Shown piece after piece: positions 28,718 through 37,286 of a DNA stretch of 64,000 nt (the stretch's first letter is position 1; every line of letters starts with the position of its first letter). The stretch comes from Acidobacteriota bacterium. Lineage in GTDB: Bacteria > Acidobacteriota > Vicinamibacteria > Vicinamibacterales > UBA2999. The translations under genes and the position numbers were made by a program. The stretch covers positions 15,697-79,696 of the forward strand of contig JBKPDL010000025.1 in NCBI GenBank assembly GCA_046727855.1. Reading direction: 5' to 3'. The notes below the pieces were generated by a model. The model saw only the letters and a program-made list of their open reading frames with translations, did no database searches and was not told where the DNA came from.

Positions 28718-29509
28718 ATGTTGCTCAAGGGCAAGAACGCCGTGATTTACGGAGCCGGGGGCGCCGTCGGCAGCGCGGTGGCACGGGCCTTCGCGCGCGA
28801 GGGCGCGAGAGTCTTCTTGACCGGCCGCAGTCTCGGTCCCGTCGAAGTCGTGGCAGCCGCGATCGCGGCGGAAGATGGCGTCGCCGAGGTCGCGCAGGTC
28901 GACGCCCTCGACGAGCAGGCCGTGGAAAAGCATGCCAGCGAGACGGCAGACAAGGCCGGCGGGATCGACGTTTCGTTCAACGCCATCGGCATCCCGCAGC
29001 AGGGGATTCAAGGCATCCCGCTCTCTGATCTGTCACTCGAGAGCTTCGCTCTGCCGATCACCACCTACACGCGAGCGCATTTTTTGACCGCGCGCGCTGC
29101 GGCCCGGCGCATGGTCGAGAAGGGCTCCGGCGTGATCCTCATGCACACGCCTGAGCCGGCCCGTTTGGGGGCACCCCTCGTCGGCGGCATGGGGCCGGCG
29201 TGGGCCGCGATGGAAGGCCTGTCCCGCAGCCTGTCCGCGGAATTCGCATCTCGCGGCGTTCGCGCGGTTTGCCTGCGCTCGACCGGAATTCCCGAGACAC
29301 ACACCATCGACGTCGTCTTCGGCCTCCACGGCAAGGCTATGGGCATGCCTCGGGAGCAATTCCAGGCGCTCATGGAAAGCATGAGTCACACACGACGATC
29401 GACCACGCTTGCGGAACTCGCCAATGTGGCAGTCCTCATCGCATCTGATTTGGCAAGTGGCATGACCGGCACTGTCGCCAACATTACGGGAGGAAAGATT
29501 GTCGACTGA
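28718..29509 (+). CDS. SDR family oxidoreductase
   Basis: GAGGAVGSAVARAF Rossmann motif; 263 aa. Confidence 0.9.
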   Translation: MLLKGKNAVIYGAGGAVGSAVARAFAREGARVFLTGRSLGPVEVVAAAIAAEDGVAEVAQVDALDEQAVEKHASETADKAGGIDVSFNAIGIPQQGIQGIPLSDLSLESFALPITTYTRAHFLTARAAARRMVEKGSGVILMHTPEPARLGAPLVGGMGPAWAAMEGLSRSLSAEFASRGVRAVCLRSTGIPETHTIDVVFGLHGKAMGMPREQFQALMESMSHTRRSTTLAELANVAVLIASDLASGMTGTVANITGGKIVD

Positions 29510-29692
29510 TACAGCGCCGAACACACGCGACATCCAGTGGGACCGCCCGCGACACGCGCGCCCTAGATGGCGAGCTCGTGGCGATCGACGAGCATGAGCT
29601 GTCATCATTTCAGACACTACATCAGGATCGCGTCGCCGAGCAGCCTCATCCCATGACGATTCCAGCGGCGTGAATGGTTTTGGCTGACCTCA

Positions 29693-31348
29693 TCACCGTT
29701 TTGCTAGAAACGCCTTTGCCACTTTCAGCGCCGGGCGATCGGGGTCGGCATGCGCCGTCTGCGCCACGAGCCGCGTGAAAAAGGTCTTTGCCTTTGCCGA
29801 ATCTCCTGCACGGTCGGCCGCTCGTGCTGCTCCGAACAGCGTCCAGAAGCGGCTCGGTTCGATTTTCAGCGCGGCCTCGAACGCCTGCAGCGCCTGGGCG
29901 GGCTCATTCATCTCCATCAGCAGGTCCCCCAGGAGCTCACGCGCGGAGATAAGATGCCCCGGCATTACGGGATCGTTCTCTGTAGAGTCCTCGCGATCGG
30001 CAGCGGCACGCAGCATTTGCAGCGCTTCCTGGCGGCGACCTTGTGTATACGAGATCCACGCCGTTACCATCTGGTGATGGTTCTGGATCTGGGATACCCA
30101 ATACTCTTGCCAAGTACCCTCGCTATTAGCTTTGATCAGGTTGGCGCGCAGTTCCTGTAAGCGATCGAGATCCTTCCTTGCGGCATGGATGCTATCGCTT
30201 CTCGCCGCGCCTAGGGCGCGGGCAAACACCAGAGTTGCTTCGGCGTGCGGGAAAAGGCTCCACGCAGATTCGCTCTGCGGTAGGGTGAGCGACGCCGCCT
30301 CGCTCCACCGCCGGCGTTCTATCGCGTAACGCGCAGGCATCGCGGCCATCGCGTAGGCATCGAGAATGTGTGGGACGATTGTGATTGTCGCGGCTTCATC
30401 AACGATGCGCTTGGCCGCTGCGTCTTGCCCGATTTGCAAGTAACTGTACACAAGAAAGTCCATGGCGTGCGGTTTGAAAAACAGATCCTCGACGGCCGCG
30501 CCAGCGCGGTTGGTGTCGATCGATTCCTGCCACAGGCCCATTCGAACGTAGATGTGAGCCGGAAATTGAAGCGCATGCGGCGACGAAGGTGCGACCGCGG
30601 CCAAACGACGGGCGGCCGCTAGGCCACGCGAAGCGTGCGGGGTGTTGTCGTAAGCGTGGAGCAGGTAGTGGATCACCCCGGGATGATTGGGGAGCTCCAC
30701 CAGCAGCTTTTCAAGGATAGCGGCGCCCTTGAGCTGGTAGGCAAAGGTCTGGTCGGTCGGCGACCCTAGAGCCGACAGAGCATAGGCATAAAATATCTCG
30801 GCCTCGCGATCATCGGGATACGTGCGATGGAGTTGCTCCAGAGCGTTCGCGTAGGCACGCATACGCGTAGCGTAGTCGATCGTGCCTGCACCCCTGTAGA
30901 ACACTTCGATAGCGGCAATGTAATCGCGCTCGCGCGAGGTCTTCCCGCCCATGGCTTTGGCTTTTTCGACTGCGATTTCCCCCTCTAACGCCATGGGGCC
31001 CGGCCGTCCGCCGTACAGGCTTCCTATCGCGGTCGCAGCAAGACCCCAATACGCCATGGCGCAGTCGGGGTCTTCCCGGGAAACGGCCGCAAAAGTCTTG
31101 GCGGCCGCAGGAAACGAGAAGGTATGCAGCATCGCAAGCGCCAGGTCGAACTTCTTCTGGACGCCGGCGTCGCAGGTGACCGGAAAATGCACCTCTCCGA
31201 ATTGCTCCTCGGCGTTCGCCCACGGCCCCCTGAGTGCGGTCAGGGCGACGCACAGGCAGATCATCAGCGCGCCGCGCCGCAGTCGCCGCACGGGTTTCAA
31301 CACCCATAAAGAAAAGACGACCGGCAATAAGCGATCAAAAATGCGCAT
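29693..31348 (-). CDS. Secreted TPR-repeat protein
   Basis: 551 aa, N-terminal hydrophobic signal, repeated A/Y/L-rich 34-aa helical hairpins (...ALQAFEAALKIEPSRFWTLFGAARAADRAGDSAKAKTFF). Confidence 0.7.
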   Translation of the reverse strand: MRIFDRLLPVVFSLWVLKPVRRLRRGALMICLCVALTALRGPWANAEEQFGEVHFPVTCDAGVQKKFDLALAMLHTFSFPAAAKTFAAVSREDPDCAMAYWGLAATAIGSLYGGRPGPMALEGEIAVEKAKAMGGKTSRERDYIAAIEVFYRGAGTIDYATRMRAYANALEQLHRTYPDDREAEIFYAYALSALGSPTDQTFAYQLKGAAILEKLLVELPNHPGVIHYLLHAYDNTPHASRGLAAARRLAAVAPSSPHALQFPAHIYVRMGLWQESIDTNRAGAAVEDLFFKPHAMDFLVYSYLQIGQDAAAKRIVDEAATITIVPHILDAYAMAAMPARYAIERRRWSEAASLTLPQSESAWSLFPHAEATLVFARALGAARSDSIHAARKDLDRLQELRANLIKANSEGTWQEYWVSQIQNHHQMVTAWISYTQGRRQEALQMLRAAADREDSTENDPVMPGHLISARELLGDLLMEMNEPAQALQAFEAALKIEPSRFWTLFGAARAADRAGDSAKAKTFFTRLVAQTAHADPDRPALKVAKAFLAKR

Positions 31349-31533
31349 GGTTAGTCCTCCAAGTTCTCCTTTGCGAATGCGGAGGGATAGGCTGCTTCCG
31401 GTGGCGAGCGGATCTCATGGTCCAACGATAGTGCCCACCGCCGTACGGTTCCGCGACTTAAGTCGCACAGTTCGTCGATTGACTGGCAGCTCCGGTCGTT
31501 GAGCCGACCCTAATTGCGAACGAAGGGGGATTG

Positions 31534-31842
31534 ATGATTGCGAGAGTCTGGCACGGCTATACGAAGGCCGAGGATGCGGATGCCTACGAGGCGATGCTGA
31601 AGCCCGAGTTACTGCCTGGTCTGAGCAAAGTCAGGGGATTCCGCGGGAGTTATCTGTTGCGGCGTCCACATGGCGGCGAGGTCGAGTTCATCACCATTAT
31701 CCTCTGGGACTCCCTTGATGATGTGCGTGCCGTCACCGGTGCAGACTACGAGACCGCGGTGATTCCCGAGGAGCGTAGGCAATATCTCGTGCGCCACGAT
31801 GCGAAGGCGGCGCATTACGAAGTGGTCGCCAAGCAGACATGA
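31534..31842 (+). CDS. Antibiotic biosynthesis monooxygenase (ABM)-like protein
   Basis: MIARVWHGYTKAEDADAYEAML...EFITIILWDSLDDVRAVTG. Paralogue of 62582..62902. Confidence 0.75.
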   Translation: MIARVWHGYTKAEDADAYEAMLKPELLPGLSKVRGFRGSYLLRRPHGGEVEFITIILWDSLDDVRAVTGADYETAVIPEERRQYLVRHDAKAAHYEVVAKQT

Positions 31843-31872
31843 TCCCCGCCGGGAGCGCAGCCTTGAAACGGT

Positions 31873-32559
31873 TCACGGTTGACGGTTGATGCGCGCAACG
31901 ACGCACGCGAGCGACGGCGGCATGACGAGGTCGAGGGCGTCAGATGATTTCTTAATCAAATGCTCGATCGGGTGAGTCGCACGCATCAGACCGAACGGCG
32001 CATGATCGGCCGACTCGAACAGGAAATGCCCCAGTTCGTGTGCCACGGCCCGCCCGAGCGCGCGTCCCATCAGCCGGTCGCGCAGGGCCGCCGGGCGATC
32101 GGACAGCGCCTTGTCGCTCACACGCACGCCTTCCAGAAGACGCAGTACCTCGACTAGATAGACGTTGACCAATGGTATTGGCTTGCCGTCGACAAATAGA
32201 ATCGACGCCATTCGGCGCTCCCGCGACGACGCGAACGCGGCCTCGTCATGGACCGTATCGCGCGTGACAATGACACGAACCTGAACGCGTTGCGGCGTTG
32301 GCGCGCTGCTCGCCCACTCCACGTTCGCACCTACTGCACGCCACGGATGAACGGCTTCGTGCATCATTTCCTCGCGTGCCTGTCGTGTGAGGCCGCCGTG
32401 GTCCACCAGGTGCAACGTGACTGGCGTTATCGCGGTGCGCACGCTGTCGGCGCACTCTTCACGCGCTGTACCACGCGCCGACGAAGATGCCGCTGCCGCC
32501 GCGATGTCCACCAGCGTCAGTACGACCGCCGCGATCGCCGCTGACTGACTCGTATTCAT
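31873..32559 (-). CDS. Putative secreted HExxH zinc metallopeptidase-like protein
   Basis: Signal-like N-terminus MNTSQSAAIAAVVLTLVDIAAAAA. The single motif GRAVAHELGHFLFESADH is the only recognisable feature. Confidence 0.55.
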   Translation of the reverse strand: MNTSQSAAIAAVVLTLVDIAAAAASSSARGTAREECADSVRTAITPVTLHLVDHGGLTRQAREEMMHEAVHPWRAVGANVEWASSAPTPQRVQVRVIVTRDTVHDEAAFASSRERRMASILFVDGKPIPLVNVYLVEVLRLLEGVRVSDKALSDRPAALRDRLMGRALGRAVAHELGHFLFESADHAPFGLMRATHPIEHLIKKSSDALDLVMPPSLACVVARINRQP

Positions 32560-32562
32560 GAG

Positions 32563-32718
32563 TCAGCCCTTCCTCGGCACCGTCGCCGAAGCATGAGCTT
32601 CCTTCAGCTTCTGTGCGCAGTCATCGCAGCAAACCTCGACAGTCTTTCCGCCGATCGTGACCTTGATCGAATTCGCATCCAGCTCGCAGTCGCAGGCCGC
32701 GCAAGGGTTCTCACTCAT
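32563..32718 (-). CDS. 51-aa TRASH/YHS-like Cys-rich metal-binding protein
   Basis: Below the 60-aa track cutoff. My translation is MSENPCAACDCELDANSIKVTIGGKTVEVCCDDCAQKLKEAHASATVPRKG, giving C-x2-C-x20-C-x3-C. GGAGGA lies 5 nt before the ATG, and the stop is 3 nt before the next gene's start. Confidence 0.55.
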   Translation of the reverse strand: MSENPCAACDCELDANSIKVTIGGKTVEVCCDDCAQKLKEAHASATVPRKG

Positions 32719-33155
32719 GACGTCCTCCACTGAACGGGCGAACGCTCGAACGGCAGTAGAGCACGCAGAAAGTGGCGGCCGCTTCCAAGATCTTTAGAGC
32801 CTGTAATAGCAGTCGTCGCCCAATCTGCCCCGCCTCATTCACCGCGAAGCGATCGACCGGCTCGGGCGGACGAAGCGCAGCTGTGCGAACTGCGGAACCC
32901 TCGCTGGACGTGCGGCCGCTCAACGGGCGCCGTGACGCGTAGGAAGGCCGCAGGAAGATGAGCTGGTTTGGGCGACTTCTAGTAAAGGAGTCGCCGCCCC
33001 CACCCCCGTGGCCGTCCTGGGGGAATCGGCAAGAACGTTCGACAAGATCCCATCTGGAAGCAGCGCGGCGCCTATACCCCGTTCACGCTACTTCGCCGAC
33101 AAGGATCAAGTTCCGGAGGTTTTGTTACGCGCTCTTAGCTTGCGAGACAGAGTGC

Positions 33156-33257
33156 TTAGCGCCGGAGAGCCGCCTGCCTGAACTCCGAACGAGAGCGGCC
33201 GTACGCCTGGCGGAATGCCGTGCTGAAGTGGCTATGGCTGTAGAAGCCACAGCTGCT
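33156..33257 (-). pseudogene. C-terminal stump (~34 codons) of an AraC-family regulator
   Basis: Minus frame reads LSSCGFYSHSHFSTAFRQAYGRSRSEFRQAALRR*, the end of the second AraC HTH. There is no upstream AraC sequence; it abuts the stop of gene 33256..33828. Confidence 0.55.
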
Positions 33258-33828
33258 AAGGCGCGACCCTGACGTCGTACGTTTTGCTGAACGTCGTGTC
33301 GTCGTTGTCCTTGAACGCCAGCGTCACGGGCACAAGGGCTTCCCGGCGCAGACTTGGCAGGTCGTACCACACCTCGAACGCGATCGTGATCGTCTGATTG
33401 ACGGTGCCATAGCGATTTGCGCTTGCCGCCGTGACATAGGTGTAATACTCGAGTTCCCCGCCTGTCGGCGGCGTGACGATGCCGCCCGAGGCCTGCTTGA
33501 CTTGCAACGTCACGCTTGTGATGTCGACAGGGAACTCCAATGCATCCTTGTCGTCGGCCTTGCCGTTGAGCGTAACCGCGAGCGAAAAACCTGTCTTCCA
33601 GTCGTAGGTAAGAATGTCATCCGGCTGATTGTTCCCACGAACCACGCGGTACGTCTTTCCGTCGGTCGACTCGTGTGCGATCGCGGGATTCGGCGTCACG
33701 GATATTTCCAGAAAATCATCGACATCCAATGTATCGTCTGGGTCCGTGGGGGACTGGCACGCGCCGGCAAAGAAAACACACCCGACTGCAACGACTATCA
33801 ACACGCCATGTCTCGCTCGCTTCATCAT
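33256..33828 (-). CDS. Small secreted protein / possible lipoprotein, unknown family
   Basis: MMKRARHGVLIVVAVGCVFFAGAC signal with a non-canonical lipobox, then a beta-rich ~165 aa. Immediately downstream of BamA. Confidence 0.65.
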   Translation of the reverse strand: MMKRARHGVLIVVAVGCVFFAGACQSPTDPDDTLDVDDFLEISVTPNPAIAHESTDGKTYRVVRGNNQPDDILTYDWKTGFSLAVTLNGKADDKDALEFPVDITSVTLQVKQASGGIVTPPTGGELEYYTYVTAASANRYGTVNQTITIAFEVWYDLPSLRREALVPVTLAFKDNDDTTFSKTYDVRVAP

Positions 33829-33838
33829 CGTCTCCTGA

Positions 33839-36262
33839 TCAGAAGGTCGTGCCGACGGCAAACCGGAACCCGCGCGGCGGCTGGAACGAGTCGCGGTAGA
33901 TGTTCCACGCGTAAATCAGCCGGAACGGAACATTGATCATCGGCAGCGTGACCCGCAGCTCGACACCGGTCGATGTCCGTAACTGTCGAAGATCGATTGG
34001 CTGGTTCTCGCTGTACGCCTGACCGGCATCATGGAAGGCAAGGGCGCGAACCTGCGGGAAGATGTCGTAGTAATACTCGGCGTTGAAGAGCACGAACTTG
34101 GTGCCGCCGGTGGCGACGCCGTTGGCGTTGGTCGGACCGACGGTTCGCACGTCGACGCCGCGAATTTGCGTTTCGCCGCCGAGAAAATAGCGCTGGTAGT
34201 AGGGGAGCTCGCCGCCGCCGTAGTTCCAGATGCGTCCCGCATTGGCGCGCAAGCCGAGCGCGGTCCGGCGCGAGACAGGAAAGTACATCACCGCTTCGAG
34301 CTCTGGTTTGATGAAACGATTCGTGCCGCCCAGCCATCCACCGGCGTATTGATACTTCGCGGTCAACCGCTTGCCGCTGCGCGGCGCAAATGGGTTGTCG
34401 ATCGTGTTGTGCACGATCGACGGCGTGATGCTGCTCTCGGTGAAACGGCCTTCATCGAGCAGGAACGCGTTGCTGTTCGAGCCCGTTTGCAGCGCTTTCT
34501 GCAGGTCGTCAGTCATTGCCGTTTCGATGACTTCGTAGCCATAGGTTGCGAAGATGCGCGTGAACCGTCGAATCGGAAAGCCCGAAGTGAGATTGAAGCC
34601 GCTGCGGACCTCGCTGTAATCCGTGGTGTTGCTGTTCACCGCGTACTCGAGCTTGCGCGAGTACACGCTCGACCCGGCTGTGATCGCGCGCCCGAACAGA
34701 AATGGTTCGGTGAACGCCAGCTGATAGGTTCGCGAACGCGTCCCGGTCTGGACTGCAACCGTCAGGCTTTCGCCTTTGCCGAGAAAATTGGCCGTGGTGT
34801 ACGAGAAATTGATGAACAACCCTTCGTACTGCGACGCCCCAGCCCCGAAGTTGAGCTGATTCCTGTTCTGCTCCTCCACCTTGATGCCGACGTCGACTTT
34901 GGCGTCAGTGCCATCGGCGTGCTTGACGTCGAGCGCGCGCTCGTCGAGCGGCTTGAAGTAGCCAAGCTGGTTGATCCGGCGCAAGCTGTATTTCAACGCT
35001 TCGGTGTTGAACACCCCGCCTTCGACCAGCGCGAGCTCGCGCCGAATGACCTGGTCGCGCGTGTGCGTGTTACCGGTAAAGTGAATGCGGTTGACGAAAT
35101 ACTGTTTCCCTTCGCTGATCTTCAGCACGATATCGACGACCGTGGAGCCGTCGTTACGAGGACGCAGATCAGGAAACGCGGTGAACTCGAAATAGCCGCC
35201 GGCTCCGTAGAGCTCCCGCGCGCGCTCGAGACCTTTGCGGATCCGCTCCTGGATGTACGTCTCACCAGGCTTGAGTTGAAAGAGCGGCTGCAGCGCTTCG
35301 CCTTTGAGCACCGTATTGCCTTCGAACGTGAAGTCGCCGACGGTGTAGCGGGAACCCTCGGCGACCTCGACCCGCAATTGCACCCATCGCGTTTTGCCGT
35401 CGCGGGAGTCATCCAGCGGCCTCAGCTGCGGCTGGCCGACCCGTGCGGTGATGTAGCCGTGGTCGTGGTAATGATCGATGACGTTCTGCGCGTCATCGCC
35501 AAACTTCTGCGCGTTGTACGCCCCCCGACGAGTCACGAGCGACAGAATGTTTTCTGGCTTGTTGCTTTTCAGGACCTTGGTCAGCTCGGCGTCGCTGAAA
35601 ACGCGGTTGCCGACGAATTCCACGTCGCGAATTGCGATCTTCGGTCCTTCAGATATCGTGAACGTGACGTGTGCCAGCTTCGACCCGCCCGGCAGCTCGC
35701 GTACTGAAGGCTTCACCTCCGCGTCCGGAAAGCCTTTTTCCGCGTAGAGCTCACGCACGATTCCGGCCACGCGGCGCAGCACACTGAAATCGAGGAACGA
35801 ATCGAGACGCAAGTCGATGCCCTTGTCTTTCAGTCGATCGGCAATGTCGGAGCGGGAGACCTTCGTTGCACCGTCGTAGTCGACGATCTTGATGCGCTGC
35901 CGTTCTTCCAGATGAAAGACGATGATCTTGCCGAGCGTGCCATTGCTGAACGGGTAGTCGTGTACTTCGATGGAAAGATCGTCGAGAAAGTTGGTCGCCC
36001 ACAGCCGGCGGAAGTCGGACACCACCAGGCGTTCCGTTTCGTCCGTGTAGAAGACCCACTGGTCACGCGACGGTTCGCTCGGTTTCAATTGGATGTAATA
36101 GAGATATGTTTGCGGCTCGATCGCCGAGGTGCCGCCTTGCTTGTCGAAGCAGAGCAGCATCGCCAGTACGACCGGTTTTGAGCCCGGTAGCGGCTCCTTT
36201 GCCGGAGCGGGTACGGTCATCCCACAAATCGTGGCGGCGGTCAGCAAGGTGGCGGCGAACAT
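33839..36262 (-). CDS. bamA: BamA/Omp85-family outer membrane protein assembly factor (POTRA repeats plus Omp85 barrel)
   Basis: 807 aa. POTRA-like repeats (IAIRDVEFVGNRVFSDAELTKVL, VNRIHFTGNTHTRDQVIRRELAL), barrel motifs (YFLGGETQIRG, FHDAGQAY) and C-terminal ...RFAVGTTF. Confidence 0.9.
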   Translation of the reverse strand: MFAATLLTAATICGMTVPAPAKEPLPGSKPVVLAMLLCFDKQGGTSAIEPQTYLYYIQLKPSEPSRDQWVFYTDETERLVVSDFRRLWATNFLDDLSIEVHDYPFSNGTLGKIIVFHLEERQRIKIVDYDGATKVSRSDIADRLKDKGIDLRLDSFLDFSVLRRVAGIVRELYAEKGFPDAEVKPSVRELPGGSKLAHVTFTISEGPKIAIRDVEFVGNRVFSDAELTKVLKSNKPENILSLVTRRGAYNAQKFGDDAQNVIDHYHDHGYITARVGQPQLRPLDDSRDGKTRWVQLRVEVAEGSRYTVGDFTFEGNTVLKGEALQPLFQLKPGETYIQERIRKGLERARELYGAGGYFEFTAFPDLRPRNDGSTVVDIVLKISEGKQYFVNRIHFTGNTHTRDQVIRRELALVEGGVFNTEALKYSLRRINQLGYFKPLDERALDVKHADGTDAKVDVGIKVEEQNRNQLNFGAGASQYEGLFINFSYTTANFLGKGESLTVAVQTGTRSRTYQLAFTEPFLFGRAITAGSSVYSRKLEYAVNSNTTDYSEVRSGFNLTSGFPIRRFTRIFATYGYEVIETAMTDDLQKALQTGSNSNAFLLDEGRFTESSITPSIVHNTIDNPFAPRSGKRLTAKYQYAGGWLGGTNRFIKPELEAVMYFPVSRRTALGLRANAGRIWNYGGGELPYYQRYFLGGETQIRGVDVRTVGPTNANGVATGGTKFVLFNAEYYYDIFPQVRALAFHDAGQAYSENQPIDLRQLRTSTGVELRVTLPMINVPFRLIYAWNIYRDSFQPPRGFRFAVGTTF

Positions 36263-37182
36263 CAGAACTTGATCCGGACGCCGAGCTCGCCCACAAGTCG
36301 CGTTTGCTGCTCATCATCCGCGCCGCGAGTCAGCCGCCACCCATAGCCGCCTTCGACAAAGACGCCGACACGCGAAGAGATCGCCGCCTGCAGCCCGCCC
36401 TTCCCGAGCACAGTTCCTGCATCGCGCTCGGCACGGTCAGTCAGTTGCGCGCGATACTCGCCGCCGGCGTAAATGCTCGCCATCGCGTGCGGTGTGAAGT
36501 AGTACGCAAGCCCTCCGTGCGCCTGCAACGAGGGCGCACCGGGTCCGGTTGCGGACGTGTCATCGTCTTGGTCATCGCCAAAGCTCGATGAGCCGATGAG
36601 ACCGCCTCTGATGGCAAACCTGTCGCTCACGAAGTGCGTGATGTCGACATGTAGCGTCACTTGCCAGGGGAACACGTCCTGGCTCGAAGTGAACTTGTCG
36701 ATCGAGCCAGACAGCCCAATCGACGTGACACCAGTCCCGCCGACGGCGCGCGGCTCGATGTCCTCTGTTTGGCCGTTCAAAAAGGGGTCTGACCCCTTTT
36801 CCGACCCCTTTTCCGACTGCACACCTTGCTCGGCGAGCGCCGGGGTCGCGGTGATAGCGAATGCCATCAGGACGAGGCGCAACAGATAGCCGATGTTTCG
36901 CACCGTCACGATGAGCGCGCGATGGCACCCCAGCTTTTTGCGAAGATGGCTGACGTGGACGTCGACCACGCGGTCGAGCGGGTGGAACGCGCGACCGAAT
37001 ACGGCGGTCATCAAGGTCTCGCGCGACACGACGCGCCCCGCGTGCTGCAGCAGGCACGCCAGGATTTCGTACTCCGTCGTGGTGAGATCGAGCGCGCGCT
37101 GGTTGACCGACAAACGTCTTGCCGCTGGCTCCAATACGATCGAGCAGCTTGAGCAATCGAGCTCGCGTTCCACAGGGGACAC
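36262..37182 (-). CDS. Orphan OmpR/PhoB-type winged-helix DNA-binding domain fused in frame to a TM/signal segment and an OM beta-barrel-like domain
   Basis: N-terminal ~100 aa are Trans_reg_C-like (LTTTEYEILACLLQHAGRVVSRETL...VDVHVSHLRKKL...VRNIGYLLR). Then LVLMAFAITATPALA and ~200 aa of amphipathic strands ending GELGVRIKF. The stop overlaps the bamA ATG (TGATG). Confidence 0.6.
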   Translation of the reverse strand: MSPVERELDCSSCSIVLEPAARRLSVNQRALDLTTTEYEILACLLQHAGRVVSRETLMTAVFGRAFHPLDRVVDVHVSHLRKKLGCHRALIVTVRNIGYLLRLVLMAFAITATPALAEQGVQSEKGSEKGSDPFLNGQTEDIEPRAVGGTGVTSIGLSGSIDKFTSSQDVFPWQVTLHVDITHFVSDRFAIRGGLIGSSSFGDDQDDDTSATGPGAPSLQAHGGLAYYFTPHAMASIYAGGEYRAQLTDRAERDAGTVLGKGGLQAAISSRVGVFVEGGYGWRLTRGADDEQQTRLVGELGVRIKF

Positions 37183-37242
37183 GCCTCCGTGCCGGTGAGC
37201 GTCGATGAGACGCCACCGGGGCTTTCAGGCGGGCCGGCATTG

Positions 37243-37286
37243 GTGATTGACGACGGATCGCCGCGCGTTTGTTAAGAATTGTTAAG
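37243..37286 (-). promoter_or_regulatory. Conserved upstream block (direct repeat CTTAACAA x2, then CGAT..CAATCAC) before the wHTH-barrel/bamA unit
   Basis: Minus strand: CTTAACAATTCTTAACAAACGCGCGGCGATCCGTCGTCAATCAC. Related to the blocks at 39316-39368 and 41239-41290. Confidence 0.35.

Noticed and set aside
29563-29673. Short frame reading LDGELVAIDEHELSSFQTLHQ, reminiscent of an ATP-dependent DNA ligase (LigD) motif
   Set aside because: Only ~21 residues resemble ligase and nothing ligase-like flanks them. This is too short to call a pseudogene without a database search.
32711-33272. ORFs 32711..32923 (-) and 32958..33272 (+)
   Set aside because: No motifs. The first overlaps the start of the well-supported TRASH-like small gene, and the second overlaps the AraC stump and the lipoprotein-like gene's end.
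34031-35707. 558-aa plus-strand ORF
   Set aside because: Entirely antisense to the BamA gene, with no recognisable motifs and composition typical of a GC-rich shadow frame.
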